A stretch of 44,726 nt of DNA. Source: Candidatus Flemingiibacterium sp. (GTDB lineage: Bacteria; Bacillota; Clostridia; Oscillospirales; CAG-272). The stretch covers positions 1 to 44,726 of the forward strand of contig JAZRPJ010000179.1 of assembly GCA_045649205.1 (NCBI GenBank). The letters run 5' to 3'. Position 1 is the first letter of the stretch; every line of letters begins with the position of its first letter. Under the pieces are notes generated by a model. The model worked only from the letters and a program-made list of their open reading frames with translations. It did not search any database and was not told where the DNA came from. Below are positions 9,105-18,795 of this stretch, piece after piece. A program made the translations under genes and the position numbers.

Positions 9105-9527
9105 ATGGATGCAAACGAAACACTCCTGCAGGAGCTTTATAAAAATACCACTATGGGTGGAGATTCTATAATCAACCTCATGGACAAGGTGGAAAACAAG
9201 GATATGCGCAGTGAGATGACAAACGAGCTTTCCCGGTACCGTGAATACACCAACCGCGTCACAAAGCTGTTAAATGATCGGGGCTTAAAGCCGGAAGAAC
9301 CCAGTATTGCGGCGAAAGCCGGCAGTAAGATCGGCATGGCATTCAACACCATGCTTGACACGACCACATCCCATATCGCCGAAATGATGATAAACGGCGC
9401 GACTATGGGAATCATTAACATCGAAAAGCAGTTAAACAACGGACCGGACGGTGAAGCACGCGAACTCGCCGAGGAAATTCTCGATTTTGAAAAGAGCACA
9501 TCTGACAATTTAGCCAGATTCCTTTAA
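9105..9527 (+). CDS. Hypothetical small all-helical protein
   Basis: 140-aa ORF with heptad-like charged and hydrophobic spacing and no TM segment or signal peptide. The upstream track ATG (9066) lies inside the metA terminator palindrome, so 9105 is preferred. A terminator follows at 9544-9578. No family recognised with confidence. Confidence 0.45.
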   Translation: MDANETLLQELYKNTTMGGDSIINLMDKVENKDMRSEMTNELSRYREYTNRVTKLLNDRGLKPEEPSIAAKAGSKIGMAFNTMLDTTTSHIAEMMINGATMGIINIEKQLNNGPDGEARELAEEILDFEKSTSDNLARFL

Positions 9528-9543
9528 GCGAGCGCAAGTTAAA

Positions 9544-9578
9544 GGGGACGGAAAATCCGTCCCCTTAATTTATTTTTT
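9544..9578 (+). terminator. Intrinsic terminator after the hypothetical gene
   Basis: GGGGACGG-aaaat-CCGTCCCC followed by TTAATTTATTTTTT. Confidence 0.65.
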
Positions 9579-9739
9579 CGTGTTACTTTTCGGTATTCCG
9601 AATATCCGCCTGAGAAGCGGTACAAAAAGCTTCGGCGACTTCATGACAACGATTTTCATAGTATACGAATCCTTTCAGATAAGTAAAAGAAGCAGTGTTT
9701 CACGGCTCATTACATTTTATGCAGATCCTTATGAAACTG

Positions 9740-10384
9740 TCAATCCTCGCATTCAATTATAAGCAGCTTTCCTTCGTCAAGGGAAATCTCGGCGTAATCT
9801 TCGGTTATTTGGTTACTCACCGCATAGGTGTATTTTCTGGTGATTTCCGCATTGTCAAGTGGATAAAAAACGCCCTTTACGGAAACGCCGAGGCATTTGT
9901 CCGAAATCGACACTATGGAGATATATTTATATTTTCTCTCTAATTTGACGGTTTTCCTTTCGCCCCTCGCCATCAATAATTTGATGCGGTTTTTCCCGTC
10001 GCTCATAATAGGCTCTATTCCCTTTTCAGCTATGTATTCAAGCAGAAATATATTGGAGAGAGTATGGTCAACTCTACCGCCAAGTCCGCCGATAAGAAAA
10101 ATTCGTTCGGCACCTTTCGAAATAGCGATGTCCACCGCAAGCTGTGTATCCGTATCATCCTTTATGGGCGAAACCTTGATTTTTTCGATTTTGCCAAATC
10201 CCTCGGCACCAAGTGCGGATAAATCAAGGGAATCAAAATCACCGACCAATAAATCCGGAGTAATACCGAAGCGTTTAGCGGTGAGAAATCCGCTATCAGC
10301 TCCGATTACAAAGTCATCTCCGGAGGGAGCATCAGTAAGGGAATGAACCTCGCCGCCCGTAAAAATATAACAGTCTTTACTCAT
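9740..10384 (-). CDS. thiN: Thiamine pyrophosphokinase
   Basis: Motifs GADSG, VGDFDS, KDDTD and GGRVDHTLSNI are typical of TPK. The ATG at 10384 overlaps the rsgA stop (ATGA). Confidence 0.85.
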   Translation of the reverse strand: MSKDCYIFTGGEVHSLTDAPSGDDFVIGADSGFLTAKRFGITPDLLVGDFDSLDLSALGAEGFGKIEKIKVSPIKDDTDTQLAVDIAISKGAERIFLIGGLGGRVDHTLSNIFLLEYIAEKGIEPIMSDGKNRIKLLMARGERKTVKLERKYKYISIVSISDKCLGVSVKGVFYPLDNAEITRKYTYAVSNQITEDYAEISLDEGKLLIIECED

Positions 10385-11400
10385 TTTTTGTCCCATTCAT
10401 GCTTGTTTTTTAACACCTCGTAAAATTCGAGGTAGCTTTTGTGTCTTTCCTCGGGAATCTCACCGGCTTTCACCGCCTCCACAATGGCGCATCCGTCCTC
10501 TTTGGTGTGGGTGCATTTTGTATACCGGCACTGTCCGATATAGGGTTCAAATTCCCTGAATACGTATGGCAGGTCCTGCTTGGTATAGAAATCAAACTGC
10601 ACAAAGTCAAGCATTCCGAATCCGGGAGTATCCGCCACATATCCGGTAGCCTCCGCACCAAACTGCTCGCTTAGTGGATACAACTCTACGTGACGGGTAG
10701 TATGCTTTCCGCGTTGATTCTTTTGGCTGATTTCACCCGTCGCAAGTCCCAATGACGGAAAAAGACGGTTCATAAGCGTGGATTTTCCAACGCCCGATGC
10801 ACCTGCAAAAGCTGACAGCTTGTCCCAGTGCTTCCGAATATATTCTTCAAGATGGGAGCTGTCCATAGCGAAGCCTTCGATAAATACTTCAAATCCGGCT
10901 TTTCTATAAATCGCAGCATACCTTTCAGCTGCTTCCGGTGCAATGTCCGCTTTGGTGATTATTATAACCGGCTCAATTCCTTTATGCTCGGCAATGGTAA
11001 TCAGCTTATCCACAGTAGACAGCGCAGGCTCCGGCTTTGCCGCCGCAAATACCGCAAATATTATGTCGAGATTCGCCATAGGTGGACGGATAAGCTCGTT
11101 CCTGCGCGGCAAGGCTTCATCAATCATAACTCCACCGACTGCGTCTTCACCTCTGCCGTTTTTGTCGGCAGCAGCATCCGATGCCGCCGCAAGAGCTGTA
11201 TCTATACGAAGGGAAACATCATCACCGATAAGCAGAGTGGTCTTCGAATGACGAAAAACGCCCCTGGCTTTGCAGAGTATCGTATCCCCATCCATGGGAA
11301 CTCCGTGACTTTTTAGTATTTCTCCATCACACGGAGATAGGCGGACTTCATAAAGTCCGCCAAGCCCTTTTATTATTTTACCGCTTAATTTCAGCTCCAT
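10381..11400 (-). CDS. rsgA: Ribosome small-subunit-dependent GTPase A
   Basis: Circularly permuted GTPase motifs (TKADI ... GASGVGKST ... DTPG) and a C-terminal zinc cluster (CRYTKCTHTKEDGCA). Confidence 0.9.
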   Translation of the reverse strand: MELKLSGKIIKGLGGLYEVRLSPCDGEILKSHGVPMDGDTILCKARGVFRHSKTTLLIGDDVSLRIDTALAAASDAAADKNGRGEDAVGGVMIDEALPRRNELIRPPMANLDIIFAVFAAAKPEPALSTVDKLITIAEHKGIEPVIIITKADIAPEAAERYAAIYRKAGFEVFIEGFAMDSSHLEEYIRKHWDKLSAFAGASGVGKSTLMNRLFPSLGLATGEISQKNQRGKHTTRHVELYPLSEQFGAEATGYVADTPGFGMLDFVQFDFYTKQDLPYVFREFEPYIGQCRYTKCTHTKEDGCAIVEAVKAGEIPEERHKSYLEFYEVLKNKHEWDKK

Positions 11401-11417
11401 AAATTACAGCCTTACTC

Positions 11418-13253
11418 CTAATTTATAAAGAATCCGGGCTTTCTTCCGCCTGCATCCCCACCGATATCATCGGTGACATCGTATAGAGTGTCATCCGGAT
11501 CACCGAGCCAGGGATCCTCCATAGTGTCGGCGGTTGTATCCTCCGTTTCGACCGGCTTCGGGCCAAGACTCATAACAAAGTCTATCTTACTTCCGGCGAT
11601 AACCTCTGTTCCCTCTTTCCGGCTCTGGCTGATTACACAGCCCACAGCAACGGTATCGTTATGCTCATGCGTAACCTCTCCAAGCTCAAGCTTGTTCGAT
11701 TCAAGCATCAGAGCTACCGTAGCTTCGTCGCATTTATAGAAATCAGGTATCTCCACATATTCAATATCCGGACCGCTGCTTACGTACAGTGTAACTGTGT
11801 CGCCGGCATTGAGGACGGTTCCTGCCTCCGGTTCAGTGCGAATTACATATCCGGCACTGATCGTATCGTGAACCTCTTTTACAATAACCGGAGTCAAACC
11901 AAGCTTGTTCTGAAGCTCAATTTTAACGTCCTGGGCTCTCTTGTAAGCATATTCCGGAAGCTTTTGAGTTTCAGCGCCAAGGCATACCGTGAGCGTAATT
12001 GTTTTTTTGTTGCCGATACTGTATTTCCACTGCGAACCGCCTTCGGGATCCTGTTCGATTATCTGATTACGCCCGGAGTCCGAATCGTATTCATACTTTA
12101 CTTCCACATTGTAGTATTTTGCCTCAAGCTGTGCTTCAAGCTCTTCGCTGTAAAACTGATTTACCAGGGTCGGTACATTCCGTATTTCAAAGTTATCGGA
12201 TGAGGTCATCTCGAAGAGCTTTGAGAGAATGACCGCCGCACTGATACAGCAAACAAGCATAAACGCCGTCGCAACACCTGCAATTACCGGGAACATTGAA
12301 CGGCTTGTCTTTCTCGGTCTTGTGAGCTTACGCACGTTGCCGGGAGTTTCGGGGGTGTTTAGTGAACCCATTTCCTCGGCAGTGGGCTCGGTTTTCGGCA
12401 TTTTGAAAATAGTTCTTGGATTGTTTTTTACCTGCGCCACATGGCGAAGCATCTGCGCCGCACTTTGGAAACGGTTGTCCGGATTTTTCTCCATAGCGCC
12501 AATAATAATCTGCTCAAGGCCTATAGGAAGGGATGAATTAAGCTCACGCGGAGGCTTCGGACGGTTCTTAACCTGCATAAGTGCAACGGTAACAGGGCTG
12601 TCCGCCACAAAGGGGAGCTTGCCCGTCGCCATTTCATACATGGTAACGCCGAGGGAATAGATATCGCTTCTTCGGTCAATAGTCTTTCCGCTTGCCTGCT
12701 CGGGGCTTATATAGAACACAGTTCCGATAGCCTTATCGGTCATAGTCACCGTTTCGGCATTTGGAAGCTTGGCAATACCGAAGTCCGCAACCTTGATGCT
12801 TCCGTTTTTAAGCATCATTATATTCTGCGGTTTAATGTCGCGGTGGACGATTCCCTTTTGATGGGCGTGCTCCAGAGCGAGAAGGATCTGCTCGGTTATT
12901 GAAATGATTTCGCTGTAGGGGAGTGTTCCTTTTTTGAGAATATAATTCTTGAGAGTAACACCCTCCACAAGCTCCATTACGATATATTTTAAGTCTTCTT
13001 TAACCGAAACGTCGTAAATATTTACGATGTTGGGGTGAGAAAGCATAGCTACCGCTTTACTTTCATTAATGAAGCGCTTTACGGACTGAACATCTTTGTT
13101 TATGTCATCCTTCAGCATCTTTACCGCAACATTTCTCCGCATGAGAAGATCGGCAGCCTCGAATACCACCGCCATACCGCCTATGCCGATTACTTTAATA
13201 ATTCTGTATCTTTTGTCAAAAACCTGACCTACATATTTTTCAAACGAATCCAT
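11418..13253 (-). CDS. prkC: PASTA-domain Ser/Thr protein kinase
   Basis: Hanks kinase motifs (GIGGMAVVF, HRDIKPQN, DFGIA, SPEQ), a central TM helix and about three PASTA-like repeats. It sits next to a PP2C phosphatase gene. Confidence 0.9.
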   Translation of the reverse strand: MDSFEKYVGQVFDKRYRIIKVIGIGGMAVVFEAADLLMRRNVAVKMLKDDINKDVQSVKRFINESKAVAMLSHPNIVNIYDVSVKEDLKYIVMELVEGVTLKNYILKKGTLPYSEIISITEQILLALEHAHQKGIVHRDIKPQNIMMLKNGSIKVADFGIAKLPNAETVTMTDKAIGTVFYISPEQASGKTIDRRSDIYSLGVTMYEMATGKLPFVADSPVTVALMQVKNRPKPPRELNSSLPIGLEQIIIGAMEKNPDNRFQSAAQMLRHVAQVKNNPRTIFKMPKTEPTAEEMGSLNTPETPGNVRKLTRPRKTSRSMFPVIAGVATAFMLVCCISAAVILSKLFEMTSSDNFEIRNVPTLVNQFYSEELEAQLEAKYYNVEVKYEYDSDSGRNQIIEQDPEGGSQWKYSIGNKKTITLTVCLGAETQKLPEYAYKRAQDVKIELQNKLGLTPVIVKEVHDTISAGYVIRTEPEAGTVLNAGDTVTLYVSSGPDIEYVEIPDFYKCDEATVALMLESNKLELGEVTHEHNDTVAVGCVISQSRKEGTEVIAGSKIDFVMSLGPKPVETEDTTADTMEDPWLGDPDDTLYDVTDDIGGDAGGRKPGFFIN

Positions 13254-13255
13254 GG

Positions 13256-14059
13256 TCAGCGCTCCTTTATATGTTTGACAAGGATCGCCGTTATGTTGTC
13301 AGGACCGCCGAGATCATTGGCAGCGGCGATAAGCTTATCGGTTTTGTCATGAAGCTCCGCTTCGATATCGGTTACGATATCTATATCAAGATCAGAGGTA
13401 ATTACAGAATAAATTTCCTCGTTTGAAAGCTGTCCCGAAAGTCCGTCAGAACAAAGAAGTATGTAGCACACGTCAAGACCTGCTAATTCTACAGAGAAAA
13501 TATCAGCTTCAAGATCGTCTTTTATTCCCACAGCTTTGGTAATGCGGTTTCTGAAGGGATGATTCTTTGCCTCCTCAACACTGAGAGAACCGCTGTCAAT
13601 AAGATGCTGTACATAGGAATGGTCATGTGTAATTTGTGTAAGTGTGCTGTCGGAAAGAAGATACAAACGGCTGTCGCCTACATTGATGACATAGGCAATA
13701 TCATCGCAGAACAAAGCGGCAACAAGGGTCGTACCCATGCCCTGATAGTCCTCCGATGTTAGAGATTTTTCATATACTGCCTTGTTGGCATCCTGCACAG
13801 CATCGTCAAGGATAATGCAGGCATCGTCGCTGGTCAAAGACATAATTCCCCCCTCGCCGATTTTCGCCGAGGTATAATTCATTACGCTATTTGTAAAGGC
13901 CTCAATAGCACATTCGCTGGCAATGTTTCCGCTTTTTGCACCGCCCATACCGTCGCAAACCACACACAGCGTTGCGTTCTGGCATATGGGGCGAATGATG
14001 TAGCTATCCTGATTCATGCTGCGAACCAGACCCATATCGCTTTTTCCGAAAAAGTTCAT
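13256..14059 (-). CDS. prpC: PP2C-family Ser/Thr phosphatase (Stp/PrpC)
   Basis: SDMGLVRSMNQDS, VCDGMGG, GTTLVA, GDSRLY and LLCSDGL are PP2C motifs. Confidence 0.9.
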   Translation of the reverse strand: MNFFGKSDMGLVRSMNQDSYIIRPICQNATLCVVCDGMGGAKSGNIASECAIEAFTNSVMNYTSAKIGEGGIMSLTSDDACIILDDAVQDANKAVYEKSLTSEDYQGMGTTLVAALFCDDIAYVINVGDSRLYLLSDSTLTQITHDHSYVQHLIDSGSLSVEEAKNHPFRNRITKAVGIKDDLEADIFSVELAGLDVCYILLCSDGLSGQLSNEEIYSVITSDLDIDIVTDIEAELHDKTDKLIAAANDLGGPDNITAILVKHIKER

Positions 14060-14200
14060 TTACACAATCATTCCTCTCATAAGTGAGCTAAAGAAAAAGA
14101 TTAACACAAATTATATGTACTGCACATAATGCTGTATCTTTTATTATATTACATATATATGGCACGAAAAAGAATAAAATCTCAAAATTTCATTAACAAA

Positions 14201-15289
14201 TCAAATTTTCTGATTATTTTTCGCATCCGCATCAATTTTCGCACGCCGAAGCTGACCGCAGGAAGCGTTGATGTCACCGCCAAGCTTGCGTCTTACAGTT
14301 GCATTTATGCCAAGCGAATTTAAAGTATCCGCGAATTTTTTCACCGCATCCTTTGATGAGCGGGAAAATCCGCTTTCCGTAACCTCGTTTACGGGAATCA
14401 GGTTAACGTGGATGGGAAAGGGCTTTGAATTTTTATAGAGTCCGCGCTTTAGTGTATTTGCAAGCTTTTTGGCATATTCGGGCGAATCGTTTTTGCCGGA
14501 AATAAGAGTATATTCAAAGGATATTCGCCGCCCCGTTACCGCAAAATAATTTCGGCAGGCTTCAAGAAGTGCCCCAATATTCCACTTGTTGTTTATGGGC
14601 ATTATTTCGGAGCGTGTTTCGTCGTCCGCCGCATGGAGAGATATGGAGAGAGTTATCTGCAAATCGTGCTTTGCAAGCTCCTCTATCTTATCAACCAGTC
14701 CGCAGGTGGAGAGAGATATATGTCGGCTGCCTATGTTAAGACCGTTCTCATCCCCTACAAGCTCAAGAAATTTTAGGGTACTCTCAAAGTTGTCGAGAGG
14801 CTCTCCGATTCCCATCATAACAACGTTGGAAATGCGCTCTCCGATGTCATTTGATGCAACGATTATCTGCCCGATAAGCTCCGCCGGACGAAGCCTTCTA
14901 ACAAGACCGCCGATGGTGGAAGCACAGAATTTGCAGCCCATAAGACATCCGACCTCACTTGAGATGCAGATAGAATTGCCGTGCTTATACTTCATGACAA
15001 CGCACTCGATGACATTTCCGTCCCACAGCTCCATCAGATATTTCACCGTGCCGTCAAGCTTTGACACTAACTTCTGTTCAATCTTCGGGAAGTCGGCGAC
15101 GGCTACCTCATGAAGCCTGTCCCGAAGTTTCTTCGATATATCGGTCATCCCGTCGATACCTACGCCGCGGTGCAGCCAGGTGAAGATCTGCTTTGCCCTA
15201 TATTTAGGCTCACCGAGGGTCTGAAGAAAATCCGCAATCTCGGCAATATTCATTGATAAAAGGTCCGCTTTTTCGTTAAGTACCAGCAT
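14201..15289 (-). CDS. rlmN: 23S rRNA/tRNA adenine-C2 methyltransferase RlmN (radical SAM)
   Basis: YRAKQIFTWLH, CLMGCKFCAS (CxxxCxxC), MGIGEPL and a C-terminal GQL-type motif. Confidence 0.9.
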   Translation of the reverse strand: MLVLNEKADLLSMNIAEIADFLQTLGEPKYRAKQIFTWLHRGVGIDGMTDISKKLRDRLHEVAVADFPKIEQKLVSKLDGTVKYLMELWDGNVIECVVMKYKHGNSICISSEVGCLMGCKFCASTIGGLVRRLRPAELIGQIIVASNDIGERISNVVMMGIGEPLDNFESTLKFLELVGDENGLNIGSRHISLSTCGLVDKIEELAKHDLQITLSISLHAADDETRSEIMPINNKWNIGALLEACRNYFAVTGRRISFEYTLISGKNDSPEYAKKLANTLKRGLYKNSKPFPIHVNLIPVNEVTESGFSRSSKDAVKKFADTLNSLGINATVRRKLGGDINASCGQLRRAKIDADAKNNQKI

Positions 15290-15296
15290 GATCGTC

Positions 15297-16625
15297 CTAT
15301 TTCTTTCTGAGTTTTGTTATGAAAAATCCGTCGGTTTTATGGATATGCGGAAGGAGAGTGACCATTCCGTCACGGCTTGAAATTTCACCCACTGTAAAAT
15401 CCTCGGGGATGAAAGAGTCATTCTCCGACAGGAAACGCTTTACCACACCTTTGTTCTCGTGGGAATTTATAGTGCAGGTAGTGTAGCAAAGTACACCGCC
15501 GGGCTTTACGTAATTTGCGCAGTTCGCAAGTATTGTATACTGCACCTCGGGAAGACGGCTGATCTCCGACGCGGATTTGTAACGTATCTCCGGCTTTTTT
15601 GCAATGACGCCAAGTCCCGAGCAAGGAGCATCGCATATAAGTAAATCGGCAGACTCGGAAAGCTCACTGAAAAATTTTCCGCCGTCCCTTTCGCCGGTTT
15701 CGATAATGTCAATGGACAGCCTCTCTGCGCCGCCCCTGATAAGCGACAGCTTGTTTTTATGCAAATCAAAGCTCATTACCTTGCCGCGGTTTTCCATAAG
15801 TATCGCCGCGCTGAAGCTCTTTCCGCCGGGGCAGGCACAGGCATCAATTACCGTATCGCCCGGTTTCGGCGATGCTGCTATAATGGCAATCTGCGAGGCC
15901 TCATCCTGAATGAACACCTTACCCTCATCTATGAGCTTTGCCGCGAAGGGAGTGAGTTTTTTGTCCGTCAGCCTTATGCCAAAGGGAGAATTTTCAGTTG
16001 GAATCCCATTAACGCCCTCTTTTTCGAGCGCTTCAAGAACTTCATCCCGTGTGTTTTTTAAAGTGTTCACCCGAAGGGTTATGTCAGGAGTTTCCTCAAA
16101 AGCCGCAAGCACCGCTTCCGGGTCACTAACGGATCTTGACAGAATTTCCACCACATCTTTGCCGCAGGAATATCTGACGGAAAGGTAGCTTGTAATATCG
16201 CTTTTATCCGGGTACGGAAGCTTATCCTTGCCGTATTCACGGAGAAATCCGCGAAGGATGGCGTTGACAAATCCCCCTGCCCGAGTATACTTTTTAGCGA
16301 TATTTACCGTTTCATTTACAGCGGCACTTTCCGGTACTCGGTCGAGCCATATAAGCTGATACAGCCCCAAGCGAAGAAGAGTCATAACACTTGCATCAAG
16401 CTCGGAAACCGGCTTCGAAGACAGCTTTGAAATGATATGATCAAGGGTGATCTTCCGCTCGATTATGCCGTAAACAAGGGTGGTATAAAGCCCTTTTTCC
16501 GCACCTTCAAGGGCAAATTTCTTAATGGCAGCATCAATTTCAAGATTGGAATATTTTTTGTCCCGCTCACAAAGCATCAGCGAAGAAAATGCCGCTTCTC
16601 TTGCAGAAATTTTACGCTTTTCCAT
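15297..16625 (-). CDS. rsmB: 16S rRNA (cytosine967-C5)-methyltransferase RsmB
   Basis: N-terminal NusB-like domain, then DACACPGGKS (SAM binding), DAPCSGLG and the TCT catalytic Cys motif. Confidence 0.9.
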   Translation of the reverse strand: MEKRKISAREAAFSSLMLCERDKKYSNLEIDAAIKKFALEGAEKGLYTTLVYGIIERKITLDHIISKLSSKPVSELDASVMTLLRLGLYQLIWLDRVPESAAVNETVNIAKKYTRAGGFVNAILRGFLREYGKDKLPYPDKSDITSYLSVRYSCGKDVVEILSRSVSDPEAVLAAFEETPDITLRVNTLKNTRDEVLEALEKEGVNGIPTENSPFGIRLTDKKLTPFAAKLIDEGKVFIQDEASQIAIIAASPKPGDTVIDACACPGGKSFSAAILMENRGKVMSFDLHKNKLSLIRGGAERLSIDIIETGERDGGKFFSELSESADLLICDAPCSGLGVIAKKPEIRYKSASEISRLPEVQYTILANCANYVKPGGVLCYTTCTINSHENKGVVKRFLSENDSFIPEDFTVGEISSRDGMVTLLPHIHKTDGFFITKLRKK

Positions 16626-17330
16626 TTATCTGCGCCTTCTTCCGCTGTTCGCGATAAGGACTAATCGAAGGAGGTTCGCAAGAGATACAGCCAGAGCCGC
16701 AACATAGGTGAGTGCCGCCGCCGTCAATACCTTTCTTGCGTTTTTAAGCTCGCCCTCGTCGAGATTTGCAGAACCGAGTGCCGCCATGGCACGACGGCTG
16801 GCATTGAACTCCACGGGAAGCGTCACAAGCTGAAACAGCGTTGAAAAGCCGAACGCCGCAACGCCGATATAGGCGAGCAACGGATAAGAAAGAATAATTC
16901 CGAGAAGAATGAGGGGCATTGCCAAATTTGAGCCGATATTGGTGATCGGAATTATTGCCGCACGGAGCTTCATAGGGGTATATCCTACAGCATACTGAAC
17001 AGCGTGACCGGCTTCGTGAGCCGCAACGCCAACTGCCGCCGCACTGTCAGCACTGTATGTGCTGTCAGAAAGAAATACCGTGTTGTTTTTCGGGTTGAAA
17101 TGGTCAGAAAGCTCGCCCGGAATTCGCTCTATGCGAACATTTGAAAGACCGTTTTCGTCGAGGATCTGCCTTGCCGCCATAGCGCCGGTCATCCCCGATT
17201 TGGTTTTTATTTTAGCGTATTTATTGAAAGTGCCTTTAACGTTGAACTGCGCCCACAGTGCAAATATCACCGCCGGAAGCACCAACACAAGATAAGTGTA
17301 ATCAATTCCGAAAAACATACTTTTCTCCAA
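16626..17330 (-). CDS. Membrane zinc metallopeptidase (YugP-like, Zn_peptidase_2 family)
   Basis: HEAGHAVQ zinc motif, an N-terminal TM helix and C-terminal TM helices, about 230 aa. Confidence 0.8.
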   Translation of the reverse strand: MEKSMFFGIDYTYLVLVLPAVIFALWAQFNVKGTFNKYAKIKTKSGMTGAMAARQILDENGLSNVRIERIPGELSDHFNPKNNTVFLSDSTYSADSAAAVGVAAHEAGHAVQYAVGYTPMKLRAAIIPITNIGSNLAMPLILLGIILSYPLLAYIGVAAFGFSTLFQLVTLPVEFNASRRAMAALGSANLDEGELKNARKVLTAAALTYVAALAVSLANLLRLVLIANSGRRRR

Positions 17331-17335
17331 AAATT

Positions 17336-18292
17336 TTATTTTGAATATTTCGTAAGAACGTCGCCAACGGCAATTTTTCTGCCGTTGATGAAGTCGGATG
17401 CAGGCATACGGCTTTTACCCTCGGGAAGCAGGTTTGTGATGTAAATTGAGCCGACACCGCAGGCTACCTCAATTCGGTTTGCCTTGGCGTCACAGCACAA
17501 AACCTCGCCGAAGTTTGTGTGAGCCTTTGCCGTATCCGCAACTTCTGCGCGGACGATTTTCAGTGCCTTGCCGTCATGAGCTGCCACCGACAAAGGGAAC
17601 GGTGAAAGTCCGCGAATACGGTTGCAGACTGTCTTTGCGTCAAGCGAAAAATCGAGAACGGCATCCTCATTTGTAATTTTTGCCGCATAATTTGATTTTG
17701 AATCATCCTGCTTTTCACGGGTGGCTGTTCCATCTTCGAGAGATTCAACTGTGGTGAGAAGCAGCTTTGCACCGGCTTCGGCAAGCTTGTCGTGTAGGGT
17801 TTCAAAATCGTCGTTGTCTTCAATATCAACAGTGCATTTCGAGAGCATATCGCCGGTGTCAAGCCCTACGTCCATGTACATAATGGTGATTCCCGTTTCC
17901 TTCTCGCCGTCAATGATGGCACGCTGAATGGGCGCGGCACCGCGGTATTTAGGAAGCAGTGAGCCGTGTACGTTGATGCATCCGAGGCGAGGGTAATTTA
18001 TTACATTCTCCGGCAAAATCTTGCCGTAAGCCGCAACCACTATAAGGTCAGGCGCAAGGCTGTCAAGAAGCCCGGCAAACTCCTCGCCGCGAAGTGTCGC
18101 AGGCTGATATACCTCGATTCCTCTCTCAAGGGCATAAACCTTTACCGGTGAAGGGGTCAGAATCATTTTGCGCCCCTTCGGCTTATCAGGCTGGGTAACA
18201 ACGCCAACGATATCTGCTCCTGCATTAACTAATGCCTCAAGCTGTATCTTGGCAAAATCGGGAGTTCCCATGAATAAGATCTTCGATTTCAT
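17336..18292 (-). CDS. fmt: Methionyl-tRNA formyltransferase
   Basis: ILFMGTPDFA, NVHGSLLPKYRGAAPIQ and DTGD motifs. It lies next to def. Confidence 0.92.
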   Translation of the reverse strand: MKSKILFMGTPDFAKIQLEALVNAGADIVGVVTQPDKPKGRKMILTPSPVKVYALERGIEVYQPATLRGEEFAGLLDSLAPDLIVVAAYGKILPENVINYPRLGCINVHGSLLPKYRGAAPIQRAIIDGEKETGITIMYMDVGLDTGDMLSKCTVDIEDNDDFETLHDKLAEAGAKLLLTTVESLEDGTATREKQDDSKSNYAAKITNEDAVLDFSLDAKTVCNRIRGLSPFPLSVAAHDGKALKIVRAEVADTAKAHTNFGEVLCCDAKANRIEVACGVGSIYITNLLPEGKSRMPASDFINGRKIAVGDVLTKYSK

Positions 18293-18300
18293 CGCCCACC

Positions 18301-18771
18301 TCAGTCCTCAACTTCATCGGGGTCGAGCATTCTCACCGCGTTATCGGTGAAGAGAATACCGTCAAGATGGTCGATTTCATGACAGAAAGCCCGGGCAAGC
18401 AAATCTGTTCCGGTTGCGGTATATTCCTTACCGTCAAGACCTGTGGCACGGACTGTAACAGTCTTGGGGCGGTCGGTAATTCCCCATTTTCCGGGAACTG
18501 ACAGACATCCCTCAACCTCTTTCTGCTTCCCCTCTCTTTTGATGATTTCGGGGTTTATCATAACGTAGGTTTTGTCCGGCTCTGTTTCAACCACTACCAT
18601 CCGACGCAGCTTTCCTACCTGAACTGCGGCAAGTCCGCATCCGCCTGCGGCGTGCATCGTTTCTATCATATCCGCCGCGAGAGTTTTTATACGTTCATCA
18701 ATTATTTCAACTGGGCGGCTCTTCTTGCGAAGAATGGGGTCGCCCTCTTTTACTATGTTAAGCTTTGCCAT
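18301..18771 (-). CDS. def: Peptide deformylase
   Basis: GCGLAAVQVG, EGCLS and HEIDHLDG motifs. The ATG at 18771 follows AAAGGA by about 8 nt. The track start (TTG at 18789) lies in the RBS region. Confidence 0.92.
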   Translation of the reverse strand: MAKLNIVKEGDPILRKKSRPVEIIDERIKTLAADMIETMHAAGGCGLAAVQVGKLRRMVVVETEPDKTYVMINPEIIKREGKQKEVEGCLSVPGKWGITDRPKTVTVRATGLDGKEYTATGTDLLARAFCHEIDHLDGILFTDNAVRMLDPDEVED

Positions 18772-18795
18772 ATCAATTTCCTTTCGCAACAGTCA

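Noticed and set aside
9580-9762. 60-aa plus-strand ORF in the thiN downstream region.
   Set aside because: It has a non-ATG start and no RBS. It begins right after a terminator and runs into the thiN 3' end on the opposite strand.
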